Assembly: GCA_964636495.1 (NCBI GenBank)
Contig: CAZWSL010000013.1
Coordinates: 10,537 to 74,536, forward strand
Reading direction: 5' to 3'
Length of the DNA stretch: 64,000 nt
DNA from: an uncultured Desulfobacula sp.
GTDB lineage: Bacteria > Desulfobacterota > Desulfobacteria > Desulfobacterales > Desulfobacteraceae
The position numbers and the translations under genes are program-made. The notes under the pieces are model-generated. The model made no database searches, had not been told where the DNA came from, and saw only the letters and a program-made list of their open reading frames with translations. Positions within the stretch are counted from its first letter, which is position 1; the number at the start of each line of letters is the position of its first letter. Of this stretch, positions 57,362 through 64,000 are shown one piece after another.

Positions 57362-58441
57362 ATGGAGATATTAAATATGGGAGGTTTCAAGCCTCCAGAG
57401 GCAGGTGAGGTTTTTTTAACACAGAAAGTAAAGGCTGCAGGCTGAGCTGCTAAACTTGATCCAGAGTCTCTGGATAGAATTGTTGGGGGACTTGAAATCA
57501 AATCCCACCCCAATCTGATTGTTGGCCTTGATTCACCTGACGATGCCGGGGTTTATAAACTTGATTCCAAAACAGCACTTATTCAAACCCTTGATTTTTT
57601 AACACCTGTTACAGACTCTCCATATGAATTTGGCCAGATTGCTGCTGCCAACTCATTGAGTGATGTGTATGCAATGGGAGGAACACCTCTTACTGTGATG
57701 AATATCGTCTGCTTTCCAGGCAGGGACATGGGTGAGAGTATTCTGGCTGAGACCCTGAAGGGCGGGCTGGAAAAAATAGATGAATCAGGTGCAACACTTG
57801 TGGGGGGACATACGGTTGATGATCCTGAATTTAAATATGGGCTCAGTGTTACAGGTGTTGTTCATCCTGATAAGGTTTTAACCAATTCTGCAGCTCAGAC
57901 TGGAGATGCAATTGTTTTGACAAAACCTGTGGGAACAGGAATTATGTCAACTGCTGTAAAGGCAAAAAGTGCAGGCGAGGCAAATATAAAAGAAGCTGTG
58001 AAGATCATGTCCAGGCTTAACAATACAGCTGCCGATGCAATGTCTCAATTTGAGGTTCATGCCTGTACAGATGTCACAGGATTCGGACTTGCAGGCCATT
58101 TGCTGGAAATGGCAAAAGGGTCAGGGAAGCGTATCAGACTGGAGACAGAAAAGGTGCCCCGGTTAAACGATGTGCTCAGGTTTGCCAGTATGGGTATGGT
58201 ACCGGGGGGGGCTCATAAAAACCGTAAATTTTTTGAAAAAATTATAGCGGTTGACAGCTGTGTTGAAAGGCCCATGCTTGATTTAATGTTTGATCCCCAG
58301 ACATCGGGAGGGCTGCTGATCAGCATGAAGAAAAACAGTGCAGAGCAATTCATTGAAAGCATGGCAGACATGGGTCAGAAAGCCTGGTTAATTGGCAAAA
58401 TAACAGAGGATTCCACTCATGGATTTTTAAATATAATTTAA
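57362..58441 (+). CDS. selD: Selenide, water dikinase (selenophosphate synthetase) with an in-frame UGA (selenocysteine) at 57443-57445
   Basis: The ORF track reports only the C-terminal 261 aa. Reading through the TGA at 57443 in the same frame gives MEILNMGGFKPPEAGEVFLTQKVKAAG-U-AAKLDPESLDRIV...DDAGVY, which matches the SelD N-terminal catalytic loop where Cys or Sec sits. GAGAGG precedes the ATG at 57362. Confidence 0.9.
57459..57475 (+). promoter_or_regulatory. Candidate bacterial SECIS hairpin downstream of the selD UGA
   Basis: atccaga-gtc-tctggat has a 7-bp perfect stem starting 14 nt after the UGA, with a G-U-containing apical loop. Confidence 0.5.
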
Positions 58442-58536
58442 TGTTATTTCATGTTGACTTGCGATTGATCTCGTGATATTTGCTTCTAATAGAATTTAGC
58501 CTGTATGGTTAATATGGAAAGGTTTAACGGCGGATA

Positions 58537-58755
58537 ATGAAAAAAGAGACAGGCAGAACCCTCAGGGAACTTGGCTATTTTGCCAGCCTTGGAATATCAG
58601 TGGCACTCTCTGTTTTCATTGGCCTTTTCATAGGAATCTGGTTGGATAGTAAATTTGGAACTGACCCTGTTATCATGTTTGTGGGGCTGGCAGTGGGAAT
58701 TGCCGGAGGATTCAATAATATTATCAAAGCAGGTAAAAAAGGAAAAAAATTTTAA
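58537..58755 (+). CDS. AtpZ/AtpI-family small membrane protein (F0F1 ATPase-associated)
   Basis: 72 aa with two TM helices and Gly-rich motifs, lying immediately upstream of atpI-atpB-atpE. Confidence 0.7.
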   Translation: MKKETGRTLRELGYFASLGISVALSVFIGLFIGIWLDSKFGTDPVIMFVGLAVGIAGGFNNIIKAGKKGKKF

Positions 58756-59156
58756 TGCGCGATATTAACAAAGTTGTAGATTTTGTTACAATTACGAACT
58801 GGCTGCTGTTGTTATCCGGAGGGATAATCGGTACAATGATTGCCCCTGTAAAGTTCACACTGGGAATCATTCTGGGCGGTTTGATTGTAGCAGTGAATTT
58901 CCAATTTTTGAAAAAAACGTTAAAAAAAGTGTTAAGCCCTGGATTGGTAACTAATCAGGGCCGTTTTATTATGTTCAACATTATTGTTAAATACTATATT
59001 CGATTTGCCGTAAGCGGATTGATCATATATCTGCTTCTATCAAAACAGATTGTCAGCCCATTCGGGCTCATTACAGGTCTGTCAGTGGTGGTGGCCAGCA
59101 TATTGATTGCTACGGTGTTTGAATTAACAAGATCATTATTTAAGGAGGCGGTATAA
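58755..59156 (+). CDS. atpI: ATP synthase protein I
   Basis: 133-aa hydrophobic protein directly preceding atpB. Its ATG overlaps the previous stop (TAATG). Confidence 0.7.
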   Translation: MRDINKVVDFVTITNWLLLLSGGIIGTMIAPVKFTLGIILGGLIVAVNFQFLKKTLKKVLSPGLVTNQGRFIMFNIIVKYYIRFAVSGLIIYLLLSKQIVSPFGLITGLSVVVASILIATVFELTRSLFKEAV

Positions 59157-59157
59157 G

Positions 59158-59847
59158 GTGGAACATCCATATTTGATTCTAACTTCGTTGTTTTCAGCAA
59201 TAGGTCTGGGCGATTGGGCAGCATCCTTTCCCCATGTTACATATATGTGGCTTTGTATGATCGTTTTAATAATTGTAGGATGGATTGCGGGTAAAAGTGT
59301 TTCAATGGTACCGGATACAGCACAGAATGTGTTTGAGACTGTGATTTCAGGGCTTGAAGAGTTTGTTGTTTCCATTACCGGCGAGGAAGGCAGAAAATCT
59401 TTCCCGTTTGTAATGACCTTTTTTCTGTTTGTTCTGCTTGGTAATCTTGTTGGACTGATACCAGGGTTCTATCCTCCCACAGCAAGTTTAAATACAACAC
59501 TGGGACTTGCATTGCTTGCAGTTGGATGGAGTCATGTTATCGGTATTCAGAAGCACGGTTTTAAATATGTTAAGCATTTTTTAGGCCCTATACCCATTAT
59601 GATTCCCCTTTTTCTGCCCATTGAAATTGTAAGTCACCTTGCAAGAGTTCTCTCTCTCTCTTTCCGTCTTTTTGGAAATATGGCCGGACATGAGCTTGTT
59701 GTACTCATACTTTTAATGCTGGCTGGAATGTTTCTGGTACCTCTGCCGGTTATGGCTCTTGGTGTATTTGTAGCCTTTATCCAGGCTTTTGTCTTTTTTC
59801 TGCTTGCTACAATGTATATTGCAGGAGCAATAGAAGAAGCTCATTAA
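59158..59847 (+). CDS. atpB: F0F1 ATP synthase subunit a
   Basis: The LSLSFRLFGNM motif carries the essential Arg. GTG start 9 nt after AGGAGG. Confidence 0.93.
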   Translation: MEHPYLILTSLFSAIGLGDWAASFPHVTYMWLCMIVLIIVGWIAGKSVSMVPDTAQNVFETVISGLEEFVVSITGEEGRKSFPFVMTFFLFVLLGNLVGLIPGFYPPTASLNTTLGLALLAVGWSHVIGIQKHGFKYVKHFLGPIPIMIPLFLPIEIVSHLARVLSLSFRLFGNMAGHELVVLILLMLAGMFLVPLPVMALGVFVAFIQAFVFFLLATMYIAGAIEEAH

Positions 59848-59920
59848 ACTTAAGTTTTACGGGAAACGGAAGAAGCCCGTTATTTATATTATTTAATTTA
59901 TCATTACTATAAAGGAGTAA

Positions 59921-60193
<273 letters not shown>

Positions 60194-60225
60194 ACCTTAA
60201 AAGCAGAAGATAGTAAATGAAAAAA

Positions 60226-60258
60226 GGGTGTAAACATGGAGTTTTACACCCTTTTTTT
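60226..60258 (+). terminator. Rho-independent terminator after atpE (potentially bidirectional)
   Basis: gggtgtaaa (60226-60234) pairs with tttacaccc (60243-60251) and is followed by TTTTTTT. An A-run precedes the stem. Confidence 0.75.
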
Positions 60259-60445
60259 ATTTTATCTGTTCCCTGCTGTTTGTTCTATGCTTTATTCATA
60301 AACGTTCTGTTCCAGTCTGCAGATATGCAGACACATGCATCCGCTCATCATCACAACAACCGGTTCAATAGTTTACCAAGAGTTAATCATCTGTATCAAG
60401 GCAGTTATGTGTTACAATCAGCAGAATAGCATGAAAAATCAGGCT

Positions 60446-60883
60446 TTATACATCATAGTCATAGATTTCCCTGGCAGATATAATTCTAATGTTTTTTTGT
60501 TTTAATATTTTGAGTGCTTTTTCATAATCATGAAACCTGAAAACCATTACAGCGTTGTCACATTTTGGATTTGCAAATGCATACATATACTCCACATTGA
60601 CTTCATTTTCCCAGAGAGGATCCAGAACCTTGTTCAATCCACCAGGCCTGTCATCTACTTCAACAGCCATAACCTTGGTACGTCCAACCTTGAATCCCTC
60701 TTTTTTAAGGGCTTGTTCTGCTCTGTCATTGTCACTGACAATCAGGCGTAAAACTCCGAAATCAGTTGTATCTGCAAGAGATAATGCCCTTATATTGACA
60801 TCGGCATCTCTTAAAATGGCAGTGACTTCTGCAAGCCTGCCTTCCTGGTTTTCAACAAATATGGATATCTGTTCAATAAACAT
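60446..60883 (-). CDS. Tandem ACT-domain protein
   Basis: ISIFVENQEGRLAEVTAIL and a second ACT-like repeat (AVEVDDRPGGLNKVL). Length is 145 aa. Confidence 0.85.
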   Translation of the reverse strand: MFIEQISIFVENQEGRLAEVTAILRDADVNIRALSLADTTDFGVLRLIVSDNDRAEQALKKEGFKVGRTKVMAVEVDDRPGGLNKVLDPLWENEVNVEYMYAFANPKCDNAVMVFRFHDYEKALKILKQKNIRIISAREIYDYDV

Positions 60884-60935
60884 GGAATTCCCTCCTTTAA
60901 GTTTATCATAAGATATATATCAAATAGGGTAAAAT

Positions 60936-61724
60936 CTAATAGAGGTCAGCTTTGAATAGAGGTTTTCTCTTTTCAAGAAATGCAGTTGTTCCCTCTTTGG
61001 CATCTTCACTTGCCATATTCAGGCCAAATACATCATTTTCAATTTTACACCCGGTTTCAATATCTGTATTAAGACCGTTTTGAATAACCTCTTTTGCTGA
61101 TCTTAGTGCTACTTTCCCTTTTGAAGCAATAAGATTTGCTGTTTTTAAAACATCTTCCATTAATTTTTCAGGGTCACATATCTTGTTGATAATACCGTAT
61201 TCATAAGCTGTTTCTGCATTCAAGTTTTTACCGGTAAAAACAAGTTCCTTGGTTCGGTTAATTCCTATACGCCTTGCAAGTCTCTGGGTTCCGCCAAATC
61301 CTGGAATGAGACCGAGGTTAATCTCCGGAAGGCCAAAAAGCGCCCTGCTTGAAGCATAGATAAAATCACAACCCATTGCAGCTTCCAGGCCTCCGCCAAG
61401 GGCAAAACCATTTACAGCAGCAATGGTGGGAATCGGCAGGTCTTCCAGTTTTGAAAAAACTTTCTGTCCTTTTCTGGAGAAGTATTTGCCTTGTAAAGGA
61501 TTCATTTTTACGAGTTCAGAAATATCTGCACCTGCAACAAAAGCCTTATCTCCCTTACCTGTCAGAATAAGAACTTTGATACTGTTGTTGTCATTAACCT
61601 GGTCTAAAGCGATATCCAGTTCATCAAACAGTGCATTGTTCAGAGCGTTCAAAGCTTTGGGCCTGTTGAAAAAAATGGTTGCAATATTGTTTTGTGTTTC
61701 AAGAATAATGTTTTCAAAAGACAT
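60936..61724 (-). CDS. Enoyl-CoA hydratase/isomerase (crotonase family)
   Basis: FNRPKALNAL, FVAGADI and AAVNGFALGGGLEAAMGCDF are crotonase oxyanion-hole motifs. Confidence 0.92.
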   Translation of the reverse strand: MSFENIILETQNNIATIFFNRPKALNALNNALFDELDIALDQVNDNNSIKVLILTGKGDKAFVAGADISELVKMNPLQGKYFSRKGQKVFSKLEDLPIPTIAAVNGFALGGGLEAAMGCDFIYASSRALFGLPEINLGLIPGFGGTQRLARRIGINRTKELVFTGKNLNAETAYEYGIINKICDPEKLMEDVLKTANLIASKGKVALRSAKEVIQNGLNTDIETGCKIENDVFGLNMASEDAKEGTTAFLEKRKPLFKADLY

Positions 61725-61831
61725 GATACTCTCCTTATGGCATCCTTATGGAAAAATTTAATTTATTCATATATTTTTTTAACCTTATGGTTTGTTCACG
61801 GGCATTCTCTATTAAGGGTCTGCCCATGACT

Positions 61832-63556
61832 TTACAGCTGTTTCGGGTTTGTTGCATCTATATATTTTTTTATACCATTTGTAATCGTGTTACTGATTGC
61901 GTTCTGATACGATTCACTCATAATACGCTTACACTCCAGTTTATTGCTCAGAAATGCTGTTTCAATAAGTATGGATGGCATTCTTGCACCAAGCAGAACA
62001 TAAAAAGGCGCCTGTTTTACTCCAAGGTCATTAATTTTTGAATACTCTTTTTTCATTCCTTTTACAAAAGAGGAGTGAACCGTATTGGCAAGCCGTTTTG
62101 ATTCATTGATCTTGGCATGTTTCATTAGATCACTTAATATGTATTCAAGGTCGGAAATGTTTTTTTCTGATGTTGCATTTTCCCTTGCTGCAACGGCAAT
62201 GGCCTGTTTATCAGTTGCCAGGTTCAAAAAATATGTTTCAATTCCGGCAAGTCTTTTGCTCTTTGCTGCATTACAGTGGAGTGAGATAAAAAGGTCTGCT
62301 TTTTTTGTATTTGCAATTGCGGTTCTCTCTTCAAGGGTCAGTTTTTTATCAGTTGTTCTTGTTAACAGTACGGAACAATTCAATTTTTTTCTTAATGTTT
62401 TGGCAAGTTTTTTAGCAAGTTTCAGCACAATGTCTTTTTCCCACACATTTTTATAATAACCGGGAGCTCCCGGATCGTGCCCTCCATGCCCTGGATCAAT
62501 AACTATGGTTTTAACACCCAGAGCTAACTGCCTTGCAATATCAGATGATTTTAAATTGTCAGTTGTGATCTGATGAAGTTTTTCAGATTTTTCAGAAGTA
62601 CCTGCTTTTGCTGTTTTATATGAAGCCGGAGAACCATTTGAGCCTTTTCCCCATATATCAATCACTATTCTGAAAGGATCTTTTAATGAAAATATCTTAT
62701 AATTTTTAAATGATTTAATATCCACAACAACTCTTACCGTATTCGGGCGATACTGTCCTGCCCTTGCCTGCTTTAACAGGTTATCATTGATCGGGGTGTG
62801 GTGTGACACTTTCCCCCCAAGTTTTGACTGCTCAATATCAATAAATAACCGTTGAAAATTTTTGTTGATCGCAGGATCTTTTTTTAAAAGCCTGTGCGAA
62901 AAATCTCTTTCCCTGTCAGCATTGATAACAATTCTTGTATATTCAGGGTTTGACCAGAATCTCAGTTCTGAAATTGTTGCATCTCCGGAAAGTTTCTGTT
63001 TGGGTGGTAAGGGTTTTTCTTTTTCATTTGAATAGCGCACATAATTTTTATTTTCATTCTGAAGAAATTTTCTTATCAGCACATCATTTTTTGTAAGTCT
63101 TTTTTTGGATTTTTTAGACTTGTAACTCTTTTTTTTACGTTCCTGTTTGACCTTCAGTGATTTATAAAGGGCACTGGCATGTTTTGCATAATCACTTTGA
63201 GGATACTTTTTCATCAGTTTTTCAAGGAGGTCAACCGCTTTAAATGAGTAGGAAGCCTTACCGGATAATCTTGAAAGTTTGATATAGAGTTCACTTGCCT
63301 TATACATTCCTGCAGGAGACCATGGATCTTCAGGAAAGAGTCTGTATATGATTTTATACTGATTTATACATCTGAGCCAGTCTTCAGAAGTCTGCTGTTT
63401 TACATTTTTATTTCGAAGTTTTTTATAGCATGAATCAGCAGCAAAATATTTTTGTTTTGCATCGGCTGATGCAGTTTCAGGAGATAAAACAAGAATTGAT
63501 GAAAAAATAAAAATAAAAATAGATATAACAGATAAATGTATATTAGATTTGAACAT
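61832..63556 (-). CDS. N-acetylmuramoyl-L-alanine amidase (Amidase_3) with an N-terminal TPR-like module and an AMIN domain
   Basis: Signal peptide, a YbgF/BamD-like TPR region, a Lys-rich linker, an AMIN-like segment (ISELRFWSNPEYTRIVI) and the catalytic VIDPGHGGHDPGA. Confidence 0.88.
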   Translation of the reverse strand: MFKSNIHLSVISIFIFIFSSILVLSPETASADAKQKYFAADSCYKKLRNKNVKQQTSEDWLRCINQYKIIYRLFPEDPWSPAGMYKASELYIKLSRLSGKASYSFKAVDLLEKLMKKYPQSDYAKHASALYKSLKVKQERKKKSYKSKKSKKRLTKNDVLIRKFLQNENKNYVRYSNEKEKPLPPKQKLSGDATISELRFWSNPEYTRIVINADRERDFSHRLLKKDPAINKNFQRLFIDIEQSKLGGKVSHHTPINDNLLKQARAGQYRPNTVRVVVDIKSFKNYKIFSLKDPFRIVIDIWGKGSNGSPASYKTAKAGTSEKSEKLHQITTDNLKSSDIARQLALGVKTIVIDPGHGGHDPGAPGYYKNVWEKDIVLKLAKKLAKTLRKKLNCSVLLTRTTDKKLTLEERTAIANTKKADLFISLHCNAAKSKRLAGIETYFLNLATDKQAIAVAARENATSEKNISDLEYILSDLMKHAKINESKRLANTVHSSFVKGMKKEYSKINDLGVKQAPFYVLLGARMPSILIETAFLSNKLECKRIMSESYQNAISNTITNGIKKYIDATNPKQL

Positions 63557-63564
63557 ATTCTATT

Positions 63565-64000
63565 TCATATTTTTTCTTTTAAATCGTTCAGTAAATTTAA
63601 AGCTTCAAGAGGAGTAATACTTGAAATATCAATTTTTTCCAACATTTTTTTAATGGAGTTTTCTCTGTTGTTGAATAATTCGATCTGGGTTTCTTCTGTT
63701 TTTTTCCTTTTTCTCTTTTTTCCCCTTTTTTTAGGAGGGGCATACGGCATCATGTCTGTACAGCTTTTTTTTTCAATACCAGACAGTATATGTTTTGCAT
63801 TGCTTATTACAATCTCAGGAATACCGGCAAGTCTTGCCACTTGAATTCCATAGCTTTTATTGGTTCCACCTTTGACAAGTCTTCTCAGAAAAACAATGTT
63901 ATCATTAAACTCCTTAACGGCTATATTGAAATTTTTAAACCGCGGTTTAATCTCTTCAAGTTTTGTCATTTCATGGTAGTGTGTGGCAAAAAGCGTTTTA
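63565..64000 (-). CDS. mutS: DNA mismatch repair protein MutS, C-terminal end (gene continues past the window edge)
   Basis: The reading frame stays open to position 64000 (…TLFATHYHEMTKLEE…). GTNKSYGIQVARLAGIP is the MutS domain V end, followed by a basic tail. Confidence 0.9.
   Translation of the reverse strand, partial: KTLFATHYHEMTKLEEIKPRFKNFNIAVKEFNDNIVFLRRLVKGGTNKSYGIQVARLAGIPEIVISNAKHILSGIEKKSCTDMMPYAPPKKRGKKRKRKKTEETQIELFNNRENSIKKMLEKIDISSITPLEALNLLNDLKEKI

Noticed and set aside
57178-57513. 111-aa minus-strand ORF from the ORF track
   Set aside because: It is antisense to the N-terminal part of selD, which is recovered by reading through the UGA at 57443. It has no RBS and no recognisable motifs, so it is a shadow ORF.
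60217-60429. 70-aa plus-strand ORF after atpE
   Set aside because: Its first codons are the atpE terminator hairpin (60226-60258), it has no RBS and it is not coding-like. A small 7-bp hairpin with a GATA loop at 60315-60332 was noted but has no interpretable context.

Overview
This is a chromosomal window with about 62 protein genes, one tRNA, and no rRNA, CRISPR array, transposase, integrase or recognisable defence genes. I infer from gene content and roughly 40% GC that it comes from an anaerobic Desulfobacterota-type bacterium. The relevant content is a futalosine menaquinone cluster, a four-subunit 2-oxoacid:ferredoxin oxidoreductase, a methylmalonyl-CoA:pyruvate transcarboxylase, a selenocysteine-containing SelD and a split atp operon. 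Most of the window is housekeeping: rpsF-rpsR-rplI, dapF, a DEAD-box helicase, eno, pyrG, adk, rpsU, folC, tRNA-Arg(CCG), an ABC-F ATPase, rsmE, serA, serC, prfC, pgeF, selD, atpZ/I/B/E, an amidase and the mutS 3' end. Two adjacent minus-strand segments look accessory. (1) 26.9-36.1 kb is a co-directional cluster: MIO-family ammonia-lyase/aminomutase with a TSG triad, GSAM-like class III aminotransferase, Lrp/AsnC regulator, BKACE/DUF849 beta-keto-acid cleavage enzyme, acyl-CoA ligase and a TRAP transporter. I read it as a candidate, apparently undescribed, beta-amino-acid route that converts an amino acid to an acyl-CoA plus acetoacetate (for Phe, benzoyl-CoA). This is the best candidate for a novel system here. 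(2) 20.9-26.7 kb is a GC-enriched DevBCA/MacAB-TolC-like efflux operon. Its membrane-fusion protein carries an N-terminal cytoplasmic PAS domain, and a small Cys-rich secreted protein is encoded just upstream. Other points of note are a UGA-recoded selD with a SECIS-like hairpin that the ORF track missed, and two distant paralogs of a Cys-motif protein of unknown function. All functional calls come from reading the translated ORFs against remembered family motifs. No database search was run.
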